NCBI GenBank assembly: GCA_002104905.1 | Contig: MCFE01000506.1 | Location: 1-64,000, forward strand | Length of the DNA stretch: 64,000 nucleotides | Direction of reading: 5' to 3' | Source of the DNA: Basidiobolus meristosporus CBS 931.73 | Lineage: Eukaryota > Fungi > Basidiobolomycota | Position numbers and translations under genes: made by a program | Shown: positions 25,240-38,407 of the stretch, piece by piece | Position numbering within the stretch: the first letter of the stretch is position 1 | How the letters are laid out: every line of letters starts with the position of its first letter | Notes under the pieces: model-generated | What the model saw: the letters and a program-made list of their open reading frames with translations, nothing else | Databases searched by the model: none | What the model was told of the DNA's origin: nothing

Positions 25240-26085
25240 AATATTGGACTATTTGGTATCATTCAGCAGCTAAAAATTTACTTAACAATTCTAGGCTAGT
25301 CTTAGTCACTGTAGGACTCATTTACTGCCTTAACTTTGCCACTTTCTCCAGATATATGATCTTATGATTATTCCCCTATAGTCAGGATCAAATTAGCACT
25401 ATTACCAAACATTATGTACTAACCCTGAAACTGTTACAGAATGCTCCTGAATATTGAGAAACCCTCCCTACTTAGTGTTGCAGCTGTATTACTTCTACAA
25501 AGGTATAAATACTGAGCTTCTTTATGAATAAACAACAGTTCAACTATTATCACTATTTCTTGATAAGTTCCTTATATCCAAATCACTTCTTAAATTGCAA
25601 CAAGGGAAGCATGAGAAAAAACGTGCATATCTTGCTACTCAACACTTTAAGCCTGGGACAGATGGAATCCCATCTCAAAACTTAACCCAACCTAGAGACA
25701 GGGAGGCATGCAAAAAAAACTACAGTTCTTGCCAGTTAACACCACAAGCCAGGAACAGACTGAATCCCATCATATCCAAGAAGAATTACCCACAAGAAAA
25801 CAGCTTCTTTCACCAGATTTGGAAACATGGCCAGTTGTGCTGCAACCCAGTGAGGTGGATGAGATTATAGAGGATGGCAATTTATCTACCACAGCCTCCA
25901 CATCCTCTATTATTGACAGAGTGGTAATCCCACTGACAGACAAAGTAGTAACATCAAGAACTGATAGGGTTATCCCAATGCCCTTGGTGGGGTTTTGGAA
26001 CATCAATAGGCACACCAGAAGGTTGCAGCACTTCTTCAAGAGCAGTGGTCAAGAAAATGCACCTAAATATTACCAGGATTTATTG

Positions 26086-29000
26086 TGTTATGATCTGCCG
26101 CTTGAATGTTTAAGTTAGATCAGTTTTTAGTCAAATCAATTAGTATATGTTTAGGTTATCAGTATATCAGTATTATCTATGAAATCAGTAGCATTAGTCA
26201 GCAAATGAATCAGCAGATCCTTATCAGACAGAAATAGATATATTAAGTAGGATCTTATTGGGTGATGATGATGCAATCAAATGAGTCATCAGCCACAACC
26301 TACATTAGGAAATACAATTAGTCAGCAATTGATCTGGCAAAATGTATATAAGGAGCTGCTGGAACCTCAATAAAAAGCAGTTCAAGTTTTAGTGAATACA
26401 ATACTAGCTAAACTCCCTATTCCTCCACAACTCTTATACCAAGACTTGTAACATTGGTAGCAGCAATAACCAGAAACCTCCCTCCTGAAGAAAGAAGAAA
26501 CCACCCTCAAGATGTCGGACAATCAAGAATGGAAGAATGCCATGCGGCAAATCCTGGCCCAACAGCAGCAGTTACTCCAGATCCTCAGCCAACAGCAACA
26601 AGGAATGACTACCATGGCTCAGAGCCAGTAAAGCCCTGTCAAGAGCAACTTTAGTGTGAAGGTCAACCAGTACCATGGCAGAGTCAATGAAAACCTGGGA
26701 ACTTGGCTCTTTCAGATTGAAGAAGCTTTTAAAGCTAAAGGAATTGCTCTAGAGAGCAAGTTGCATTATGCAGCTTCTTACCTGGCAGATGCAGCTTTAC
26801 AGTGGTATCACAGCAAGATCAGGTCAGCTACTATGATGGGATGCTCTACAATCTCTACCTGGGATGAGTTTGTGTCGGAAATTCAGGATGCTCTTGAACC
26901 TCCACACCAGCAGACACTACTAAGAAGGAAGTTAAAGATACTCAGACAGAAAGGAAAGGTGCAAGAATACATCTATGAGTACAGATGTCTACTTGGACAA
27001 ATTAAAAGAATGGACCCGTTGGATCAAGTTGAATACTTTATTGATGGGTGAAAGAAAGAACTCGCAAAGAAGTCAATTACCAAAGACCTCAGACTATTGA
27101 AGAAGCCATCAAGATTGCCATTGACTATGACTCAGCTATCTTTGGACTTGGGAAGCCTACATTGACTAATCAGAAAGGCTATAATCATTATGAAAGAAGA
27201 CAATCAGAAGCAGTACCAATGGAAATAGACACTATGCAGAAGAATCCCTCCTCAGAAGAATGCAAGAAGAGAGGACTTTGCTTCAATTGCCACCAGCAGG
27301 GACATATTGCAAAGTACTGCCCTCATAGAAGAAATGGACACCAGCCAACAAGAACCTTCAACCATATTGAGTCCCATGAACACAGTAATGTGGAAGATGA
27401 GCTTGAAGAAGACTTGGAACTCACCTTCCATATGACAGAAGAGTACTTGTCCCAAATGACTTCAAACTCAGGGAAGTTATTGTACTTGAATGGAGTAATC
27501 AATGGAGTACCTGCCAAGATCATGATTGACTCAGGAGCATTGCATGAGTACATGTCAGAGCAATTTGCTTTGAAAGCTGGAATCAACTTGGAACCTGCCA
27601 AATCAACTTCAGTTTCCACAGCTGATGGGAACTCCCACATAATCAACCGTATTACCCAGCCAGTAAGAATGAAGATCAATGACTATGAAGAAGACCTACA
27701 GGCTTATATATTTAGGAACTGCAAGTTTGACCTTGTACTTGGAAAAACCTGGCTATTTTGTTGTAATCCATCAATCAACTGGAGAACCCATGCTACTCAG
27801 ATCCAAAAAGACAACAAGACCTATGAGCTATTACCTGCCATGCTGGATTTCAACTTGGTCAATTCCAGTGTGTATGAGACAAGTGAACTTAGCAAGACCC
27901 AGTTCTGTAGAGCACTTAGAAAAGGTACCGAGATGTTCCTCATGGCGGTATTACAGGAGGATTCCTCTACCCCAGCACCCCAGCAGGTCCAGACTCTCTT
28001 GAAGAAATATTCAGACGTGTTCCCAGATGAGCTTGTAAGCCTACCACCAGTCAGAGACGTGGATCATGCCATTGACACAGGAGATAGCCCTCCAGTGAGC
28101 AAGACACCTTACAGAATGAGTCCATTAGAATTGGAGGAAATGAAGAGACAAATTGATCAGCTATTGGAGCAAGGATACATCAGGCCCAGCAAGTCACCCT
28201 GGGGAGCACCAGTGCTTTTTGTGAAAAAGAAGGATGGAACACTTAGGATGTGCATTGACTACAGAGCCCTGAACTCAGTTACCGTCAAGAATAAGTACCC
28301 CATACCTTGGATTGATGAGCTTTTAGACCAACTTAATGGAGCCACTATTTTCAGTAAGATTGACCTCATGTCAGGATACAACCAAATTAGGGTGAAACCA
28401 GAAGATATTCCTAAGACAGCATTTAGGACCAGATATGGACATTACGAGTACTTAGTCATGAGTTTTGGCCTCACTAATGCCCCTGCAACATTCATGACGC
28501 TGATGCAGACTGTCTTTCAGGAGTACTTAGACAAGTTTGTGATAATCTACCTGGATGACATATTGATATACAGCAAGACAGAAGAGGATCACATAGTGCA
28601 CATTGAAAAGGTCTTGAAGAAACTAAGAGAGAACAAGCTATATGGCAAGCTAGCCAAGTGTGAATTCTTCAAGGAACACGTTGAATACCTGGGATGCATA
28701 GTGACTAGCACAGGAGTGACCTTAGACCCTAAGAAGGTTGAAGTTATCAAGAATTTGAAGCAGCCCCATAGCATATCAGAACTCAGATCCTTCCTTGGAA
28801 TGGTTTCCTATTATCGGAGATTTGTCAAGTCATTTGCAAGTATTGCAGCCCCTTTAACTGATATCCTCAAGAAAGACAATACCTACAAGTGGGACATAGC
28901 TTGTGAGACTGCCTTCCAGATGCTAAAGAATGAACTTGCTAAGCTGCCAAGCTTAAGAATACCAGACTTCAGAAAAGAGTTCACTCTGTGCACAGATGCT

Positions 29001-31022
29001 TCAGATTATGCAATTGGTGGAGTGCTGAGCCAAGAACACAAGGGAAAGGACTACCCTGTTGCCTTTGAATCCAAGAAACTGAACTCAGCAGAACAAAACT
29101 ATCCAGTCCATGCAAAGGAGATGCTTGCTATAATACACTGTTTGAAGACATGGAGATGCTATATTGAAGGAGTCAAATGCACTGTGAAGACTGATCATGC
29201 CTCCCTCAAGTATATATTTACTCAGAAGGTACTCTCTAGAAGAATGACAAGATGGAGTGAATACATTCAGCAATTTGACCTGGAGATTGTCTACTGTCCT
29301 GGAAAAAACAACACGGTAGCTGATGCATTATCAAGATTAGATCAAGTTGCACAACTCAACTTGGTGCATGAATCAGATTGGCCTAGCCTATTACCAAAGT
29401 ACTTGGAGGACCAAGCCATTCCTAATGAGGTGGATGAAGATATCAAGAAGATAATCCGTAATGAAGCCAGCAAATTTGTTGTACAGAATGAAACACTCTA
29501 CCAAATTATTGATGGAAGCCCTATTGCCTATTGTCCTTATGTTGCTTGCCTGGATTTAATACATAAGCTACACAATGGATATGGACATCTTGGGACTGAA
29601 GGAACCTATAGCCTTGTGAAAGCCAGAGCCTGGTGGCCCAGAATGAAACAAGACATTGAGAAGCTAGTAAAAACATGCCCAAACTGCCAAATCAATCAAG
29701 GCCAGCCACAAAGAATTGCCAAACTTTTCCCTTTGGAGCCTGTAAGACCATTTGAGAGATGGGGAATTGACTTTATTGGAAGACTGCCAACTACCAGGAA
29801 ATGCAACCGTTGGATCCTAGTAGCAATTGACCATGCCACTAAATGGCCAGTTGCTAAAGCTGTACCAATAGCCAGTGAACAAGAAGTTGCAAGTTTCATT
29901 TACCATGAGATCCTGATGCAGTTTGGATGCCCTGTGGAGATCTTATCCAATAGAGGTGCAAACTTTATGGCAAAGACATTAGAGGCTTACCTGGAAATGC
30001 AGCAGATCAGACACTTGAAAACCCCGGCATATCACCCCAGAACTAATGGAGTCACTGAGCGGTTTAATGGATTATTTGGAAAAATGCTGACCAAGTATGC
30101 AAATGGAGTTGTCAGTAGATGGGATGAGTATATAGACCAAGCACTCTTTGCATGCAGAGTCAGAGTACACAACACCACCCAGCAATCACCATTTTACTTA
30201 GTTTATGGATGTGAACCAAGGATTCCAGGAGATCTCACACAACCAAAGCTTACAGACACCTTAGAAGATGAACTCAGTCAGCCAAGTAGACACCAGCAAC
30301 TGGAACAAAGACGTCAAGAGGCACAGACCAAAGTATCTCAAAGTGCAGAAAAGATGAAGCAGAGATTTGATAAGACTATAGCACCAGAAGCATTGACAGT
30401 TGGGAACTTTGTATTGCTAAGAAACAACACTTGGAAGAAGTTTGAGCCACAATGGACAGGACCATTCAAGATCATCAGAGAATGTCCATTTGCAACTTAC
30501 CAACTGGTAGACAAACAAGGTAATATCTGGGAAGACTTAGTGCATAGGGACAGACTCAAGCGTGCAAGACTTGCTGATAATACTGAACCATCAAGATATT
30601 GGTAACACAAGAAAAGAGATTCAGGAGAACCCTCTCAGCTTTAGTAGGGGAGAATGTTATGATCTGCCGCTTGAATGTTTAATTTAGATCAGTTTTTAGT
30701 CAAATTAATTAGTATATGTTTAGGTTATCAGTATATCAGTATTATCTATGAAATCAGTAGCATTAGTCAGCAAATGAATCAGCAGATCCTTATCAGACAG
30801 AAATAGATATATTAAGTAGGATCTTATTGGGTGGTGATGATGCAATCAAATGAGTCATCAGCCACAGCCTACATTAGGAAATACAATTAGTCAGCAATTG
30901 ATCTGGCAAAATGTATATAAGGAGCTGCTGGAACCTCAATAAAAATCAGTTCAAGTTTTAGTGAATACAATACTAGCTAAACTCCCTATTCCTCCACAAC
31001 TCTTATACCAAGACTTGTAACA
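26086..31022 (+). mobile_element. Full-length Ty3/Gypsy LTR retrotransposon (family 1), young
   Basis: 368-bp LTRs (26086-26453, 30655-31022) with 5 mismatches counted by eye. TSD ATTG is confirmed by empty paralogous sites. PBS TGGTAGCAGC, PPT AGTAGGGGAGAA. Confidence 0.98.
26512..30605 (+). pseudogene. Gypsy single-frame gag-pol with 1 stop (26629) and 1 frameshift (~27048)
   Basis: MSDNQEW..., [23 protein letters not shown], RNase H TDAS, integrase GIDFIG..YHPRTNG..ERFN. No chromodomain seen. Confidence 0.95.
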
Positions 31023-32558
31023 ATTGCAAAGACTGGCAGATGAGATGCTTGACCTTGCAGTGCTGGCTGAAGACCAAGAGGTGTGGAAACCAGCAAATGA
31101 ACAGTGGCATGAAGCTATTTTGTACATATCAAAGTCTTGGAAATAGAGCATTACAGCAGAAAAACTTATTGAGTGGTGGATTTTAATAGAGTTACTTGTT
31201 GTGTGTGGGGCTGGGCTTGATTTCAGTGTAGGGTTCAGGGACTTGTACAGGTCAATTCAATTGGCTATAAATATAAATAAACAATTTGTATGCTTGAAAA
31301 GTAAGAGAAATGGTTGAGTCAGAAAGTAAGGAGTGTGAAAAGGAGGCAATAGTCAATCAATGCACATAAATGTGGGAGGTGAAAGAGTGTCTGGAATCAG
31401 AAAGTGAGAAAATTGGCAAAGAACCAACTAAAAGCCACTTTTCTATTGTTCTGATGAAAAATTTTGACCAAGTTTTTTATAATATCTGAGGTGCAATTAT
31501 TTTTTGACAGTCTTGACATGGAGTCCTGGTGGAAGCAATACCTCTTAGTCACAGAACGTAGAATCTGTGCTGGCCTTTTGATGGGTTCAACACAATGGCT
31601 TTTTATAAGGTCTGATTTCACCAAAAACGTGGTCAACATTTATATTCCCAATGATTCCTAAGATGTTTTGGTGTGGTTCCATGATATTTCACTCACTATT
31701 TAACATGCCATGCTCAATGTTCTATGTTTAAGCAGTAAGACTGGATGCTGGTAACTGACCATCATGTAGAAGCACATATTATTGTTTGCATTGGAGACAC
31801 CCCAGCCATCAGCAAGATAGCCAGCTGCTCTAGGCATAATGGATGGTATTGCTGTCAAATGTGTCAGACTCAGGGGATTTATTTCATAGCTCACTCAATA
31901 AACTATTATTAAAACACTAACAATAAGAACATCCTCTTTCCACTGAGTGAACAAGCATGCAGCTGAATATGTAGATCTCCACAAATACTCTATTTATTGT
32001 CAACTCCATCTTGCTTAGTTTGGAGAACCCTGGACCTTGCTTCACCTTTTGGAAGCTTTGCATGGAGGGGATGCATGGGAGGAGAGGAAGAGAAGTCATG
32101 TGGCCAGTACTACCATATCCCAAGCTCATCAAGAATTTTACTTTCAAGTCTGTTGTGGATGTGATAAATTGGCTTGTGAAGGACGGCCAGCCAGAGTTGG
32201 AAAATAGCAAGGACAGATGTGCACATAGGGAAACCTTTTCCTTTGGTATTAAGGAGCTGAGCAGGCCACATTTGCAAGTAATCAGCTTAGTAAGACAAGG
32301 CTGGGTTGGATGCAACAAGCAACTGTTTCTAATATGGACATCTTTAACAAGTTATGCTGGATTTCTGCTGGGTACAAGTCAAATTCAGCACCATTTAATA
32401 CTGATTGCATAAAACAGTAATCAGAGCACACTTATAAGAGAGACTAGAATCCAGCATAGAGAAGGAATAAATGACCAAGTATCAAAAAGCTTTGCGGACA
32501 TCAAAGAGGTATCCATATCTAAAGTGGTGGTAATCAAGTATATGTTAGCAAGATATAT

Positions 32559-35500
32559 TCTTATGAAAAATTATTGAGATAATCCTGTCAAAAGGCTGTC
32601 ACAAAGTTAAAGTCCTGTAACTAAGAAGTGCTGATCCTGTCAGGGCATTGTACAGAGACTGTTGAAAAATAATTTTACCCCAGATTTCACAAAAAACCTG
32701 GTCAAAATTTTCCATCACAATGATGAATAAGTGGCTTTTGATTGGTTCCCTGACAATTTGCTCACTTTCTGATCCCAGACACTTTATTGCCTTCTATGAT
32801 TGTGTGCACTGATTGGCTATTGCCTCTTTTTGTACTCCTTACTTCCTGACTCAACCATTTCTCTCACTATTCATGTATACAATTTGATATATTTCCATTG
32901 CATCTTCAGTTATACAATAATTGCCAACTGTATTGACCTATACAAGTCCCTATACCCTACACTAACATTAAGCTCAGCCCCACACTCAACAAGTGACTCT
33001 ATTAAAATCCACCACTCAATAACTATTTCTGCTGTAATGCTCTGGTTCCACAACTTTGGTGGTAGCCCAATGGATTTATGCCACTGTTCATTCACTGGTT
33101 CCCACATGTCCTGGTCTTCAGCTGGCACTTCAAGGTCTAGCACCTCATCTGCCAGTCTTTGCAATAAATCCTGGAATATTCCAGTATGTTTTCTTGAGCA
33201 CTGCTCTTGAAGAAGTGCTGCAACCTCTTGGTGTGCCTATTAATGTTCCAAAACTCCACTGATGGCATTGTGATAGTCTTTTGAGCTCTTGACATTGCAG
33301 CCTTGTCTGTCAGTGGGATCTCCACTCTGTCAACAATGGAAGATGTGGAGGCTGTGGTCAACAAATTGCATCTTCCAGCAAATGCATCTACCTTGCTGGA
33401 GTGTAGCTCAACTGGCTGCACTTCCAGCTCTTGTGAAAACAGCTGTTCTCTTATTGGTAATTCTTCTTGAATATGATGGGATTCAGTCTGTTTGTGGCTT
33501 GTGGTGTTAACTGCCAAGAACTGCAGTTTTTTTTTCATGCCTCCCTGTCTCAGGCTTGGTCAAACATTTTCCCTTAGCCTTCTCCTTTATCACTGCCAGG
33601 TCTTTCACTGCTACTTTGTCTGATAGCTTCTTGTAAAGAACCATGTTTTTTCCTGGATAAATTCTGCTCTGATGCATCTGTTTTGGCCTGCTTGTTCCTT
33701 GTTGGCTCTCTTCTAGCAGCCTGATGTTTCTTTTCTACTGGTTTTGAGCCCTCAACTGTAGTTGTGACAGGCTCCTGTAAAGCAGCTGGTTTTTATCATT
33801 GCCAGGTCCTTCACCAATACTTGGACTGGGTGCTTTTTGAGTAGAACTATACTTTTTTCTTCATAAATGTTGTGCTGGTGCATCCGTGTCTACCTGCTAG
33901 TCCCCAATTGGCACTCTTCCAGCTACCTGACATCTCTTTGATGCTTGTCTAGAGCTTTTGGCCTTGCTTATAACAGGCTCTTGAGGAAGCTGCTGATTTT
34001 CATCCATGGCACCCTTGTTCTTCTGCCTTTGATAATTTTGGCTTTTCTTCAGGTACTTTCTTAGCATACCAATGCTGGCCCAAAATCTGTTTGCCCATTT
34101 AAATCCAGGATAATGCTCATGGAACAAGTCAAGTGCATTGTGTTTGGCCTTGAGTTCCTGATGGTCCCAAGGTGTGCCAGCCTTAAGGTGATGGCATGCT
34201 AGACTCCTGATGGCCTTTTGAATATTAGCCCACTCTTCATTATTGCATACAACAGCTTCATGGATCTTCAATGTCTTTTGATTTTACGGCTTTAGTACAC
34301 ACACCACATTGTCTCCCTCCCATGCTGTGATAGGTTTCTCTGTGGGCTTTATCTTTGGGCACTGTTGTTGTGCTTCAACAACTGTACAGTGTTCCTCTGC
34401 TGTTACATTGGGAAATGGCTCAATTCTTGGCTGTGACATTGAGCTACTGGAGTTCCTTCTTTGCAGCAAAGATACTGCTCTCTCTACCTGGGATATTGAT
34501 TGCTCTACATGTATTATCTACTCATCCTGTTTCTGGACTATTTCCTGATTTCTCTGGGACATTGCATCTATCCTAGCAGCCACTGCACCTGATTGCTTCA
34601 TTAATGCTTGAGTATGAGCTGACAACATACTTGCTAATATGGGTGGTGGTGATATTATCATGGCCACTTGCTAGTCTTCAACTGAGGGTACTGTGCTTGC
34701 TACATTCTCATCTGCTTAAGCATAATGGTCTGCTTGTGGCTCTGCAGAGGTTCTCAATTGCCCACTTGACTGAGAGCCTGAGGAGTCTGCATTATTACCT
34801 TCAATGGGCACACTGTCCACAGGGCCTTCTTTGGATGTAGCCTTGCTTGTTGCACTGAAGGCCAAAGCTGTTGTAAAAATTTGTCTTTCCACCTAAATAT
34901 TCATTTTAGTCACTTAGATCATTACCTTCAAACACTAGAGAGTACTGGCCAAATTACTCGTTGGGATTTTCTTAGAATACTTTCACCAAAATACCAGGTA
35001 CCCAGAACATGAAAATTCTCAAAGTTGTCCAAACAGCCCCAAGCTTTCCACACATGTTCTTGGGACCTTCCTCAACCTATTCTATGTGTTTGTAATGCCA
35101 AGACCAGGTAGAAGTATAAATACTACTTTACATTCAATAAATCATTAAGTGAAACCACATAATCTACTTGTTCTCCTAATCACTTCCAATATCTCCAAGA
35201 CTCTTACAACAAAAGCAAGCTGTAATCTAACTGTTCTTCTGTTGCCATCAGTGGTGGGGCTTGATTGAGAACCAGACAATTTTGCTTTATTTTTTGGTGG
35301 CATATATATGGAAGCAAGTCAAACCGAAGGGGAAATAGTGTTACATATACATGTGTATGTGGTGCCACAATTTTATTTATAATGCTTACTATGGCAGGTC
35401 AATATTGAATCTTACATTCACATAGGTGCAATGTCTCAAGTACAAGACTGTCTTCAGTTCACATGAGCATTGACCAAAAAGTGATATAATAGTGTTACGT

Positions 35501-38288
35501 CATTAAAGGTCAAACTGTTGGCCCCATGGACAAGACTACTTTGACTCAATGTTTAAGAGAAGAGAAAATTGAGTATATGGCTATTGCAGCAAGCCTCTCA
35601 GCCATGAAGCACACAGACAGCATAGGAAGTATTACAAGGATCATGGCCAGTGTTTTGCCACCTAAGTCATATTTGACCATTCATTGGTCACTACTGTACC
35701 AACATTATCTTGCCAGCAAGTTGATACTTCTTTATCAGCACCTGGCTGTCTTTGTCACCTTGCGCAAACTGAGTCAGGTGAGTTTGTAACACCATTAGGC
35801 TCACCTCAGCCTTCTGAATATGGCATGCAGAGTGATAGCTCTGACAAAGAAGGTTCACTGATGGATTTGTGCCTATCCCCCCTAACAACAGTACTATGTA
35901 TGAGCCCGGTCAAATCATCATATGCAATGAGACAACACCTGTTGAAACAAATGCCAAGGATACTTTAGGGAGCCAAGTGAGCCCAGTAATCTATCTACTA
36001 GTCATTGATGTAATGTTGTGGCTAGAGAAGTGGCATGTTTCCACTAATATCAGTAATGGGGGCTCTGAGGATTTTTTACTACTTCTTGCCAAAATCATAC
36101 CAGGATGCAACTTACCATGTACATGGTATAAGTGTACAACCGTCATGTGGCTGGCAACATCAGATCCAGTGACTGTCCTGATTCCAGCATGTGTTAACAG
36201 TTGCATGGCATTCACATCCAAAAATGCTACCATTGCAACATGTCCAAATTGTCAGGAATCCACCACCATTGAGGGAAAAGATTGTTTTCACTCCAGATAC
36301 ATCCCGTCATACCCCATCTGAGGAAGCTGATGCAGTCCAACAAATATTGCAAAGCTATACAGTACCACACTCAGTAACAATCAAGCGCAAACATATCCAA
36401 TATATTTGATGGCAAGCATTACAAGCAGCTAAGAAGCAAGGGCTACTTTGAAGGTATATATGACCATGCCTTTGCTTTAGCACTTGATGGATTCTTGTTA
36501 AACAAGTACTCTACCAGCAAATGCTGCTGGCCACTGATTCTCATCAATCTGAATCTACCACCCATCTTACAGTATCAGAGCAATAATCTGATGGTAGTCC
36601 CAATGGTATCTGGGCCTAAACCATCACCCAGCCTGGATAGCTGCCTGTATCCATTGCTGGATGAATTTTGTATGCTTTCCAGCATGATAACAGTAAGTGG
36701 CCATCATGTAAAAGCACATATTATTATCTACATTGGAGATACCCCAGCCATCAGCAAGATAGCAGGTTTCCCAGGCACAATGGATGGTATTGCTGTTAAA
36801 TGTGTGAGATTCAAGGAATTTACTCCATAACTCACACACATTATTATTACCCAAACACTAGCACTAAGAACTTCATTTCTCCACAGAGAGAACATACAGA
36901 AGTCAGCATGCAATTGCAGCAAAGTTGGCAAGCTAAACACCATTGGCCAGAATATGGAATCAATTGGAAACTGGAGATATTTAAGATACAGGGTAACTGT
37001 TGGAGCAAAAGCTTTCCACTGGGACAAATGCATTTGCTTTTCAACAGTATCCCTATACTGATGACCAAGTTGTACATGGTGTACTTCCAGCTAAATGAGC
37101 CCTTTGAGATACTGGAGAAATTTGAAAGAATTGGCAAGATATTACAAAGTATCCCCTACCCTAAGTACTTCTCATGGGCTTCAATCAATAATCATATGCA
37201 TTTGCAACAATACAAATGCAAAGACTGGATGAACTGAATATGTATTTATTCAAGTGGTGTTCTCAAGCCATTCCTGCCAAGAGTACATTGGAAGCATTGG
37301 GAGTCATATTTGGACATTATAGGAGCATTTATCCAAAAGCAGACCACCAATGCCAACTTGACAAATCTACAGCTGTTGTGTGAGGAGTTGGTAAAGGGAT
37401 ATGAGCAGATATACTGCAAACATAAAGCTGAATGTGTAGATCTCTGCCACTACTGGATCTATAATCTACTCTATCTTGGACAGTGTGTGGAGAATATTGG
37501 GCCTTGCTTCACCTTTTGATAGTTTCCTATAGAGTGGATGTGTGGGGAGGTAGGAAGACAAGTCAAGTTGCAGATACAACCATATACCAATCTCATCAAG
37601 AATATTACCTTCAAGTCCCTCATGGATGTGATGGGTTGGAACATGGAGGATGGCCACAAAGGGTTGGAAAATACTGAGGACATATGTGCACATGTAGACA
37701 CCTATGCCTATGGCATTAAGAAGCCAAGCAGCCCCAATGCATGGGTAATCAGTTAAGTTATGCAAAGTTGGGTTGAGTGCAACAAGCAGCTAATTTTTAT
37801 TAGGAAGACTCTGCCAAGATATGCTGGATTTCTTATGGTCACAAGCCAACTTCTACACCATTCAATACAGAATTCACACAAACAAGCAGAAAATGGAAAC
37901 ACCATTTGATAAATTGGTACGGTAGCACTATACAGAACCAGCTGTAGGCTGTCATACTGCCAATATAATGCCATCAGTATCTTGCTGTGAGGCTGTCAAA
38001 ATACCGTCATGTTTCTTGCCATATAAGGAAATTTGACATCCTGGCCAACTGGATACACTTAAAATAGTTGTAGTGCGCTAAAAGACCGCAACAATATCAT
38101 GCAAATATTGTCAAGTTGTATCCCTTTATTTGGTTGTAAAATTAGCAAAACATTGTCATGATCCTGTCAAAAGACTGTCAGGAGGGTCACTAATTCCTAA
38201 CTGCTGGTATTGTGATGGTCACTTAGCAAGATCCTGATTGCTGATCTGGATTGGATCCACCCACAGGACCAAATTATTCTTCATAGGG
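32559..38288. mobile_element. Full-length family A CACTA/EnSpm-type transposon
   Basis: Degenerate left TIR TCTTATGAAAAAT, right TIR TTCTTCATAGGG, TSD TAT/TAT. ORF1 (-) 35303 to ~32910; transposase (+) from 35526. Confidence 0.92.
34869..35211 (+). repeat. Solo LTR, Copia family C
   Basis: TGTTG...CAACA, 343 bp, TSD AAAGC. Confidence 0.92.
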
Positions 38289-38407
38289 TATATGTAGCCT
38301 GTATTGCAAGGTTTGTGGATAGTTCACAAGTATCACACAGCAAAGTCATAATATACAAAGAGTTATTTGATCTTGCAAATATATAATCTTGATTAGATGT
38401 AGGGATT

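Larger units (their letters stand above)
20918..25602 (+). mobile_element. Full-length Ty1/Copia LTR retrotransposon (family 1), young
   Basis: 369-bp LTRs (20918-21286, 25234-25602) with no difference seen, TG..CA ends, TSD AGGGA, PBS GGTTATGAGCCC, PPT AGTTGAGGGGGAG. Confidence 0.98.
18481..31690. mobile_element. Family A copy in reverse orientation with central deletion (~20370), hosting two LTR retrotransposons
   Basis: Right TIR CCATATGAAAAAC at 18481; transposase (-) to ~20369; ORF1 (+) 20370-20917, 25603-26085 and 31023-31270; left subterminal region follows. Confidence 0.85.
31700..38404 (+). pseudogene. Family A transposase 3' fragment (31700-32558 and 38289-38404), split by insertion of another family A copy
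   Basis: IGDTPAISK and DUF4218-like motifs; flanks rejoin as GCAAGATA-TAT-ATGT, matching the empty site at ~53594-53610. Confidence 0.8.

Noticed and set aside
27040-27055. Frameshift in Gypsy gag as programmed recoding
   Set aside because: It lies inside the capsid region (IDG-LK) rather than at the gag-pol boundary; a single lost T explains it.
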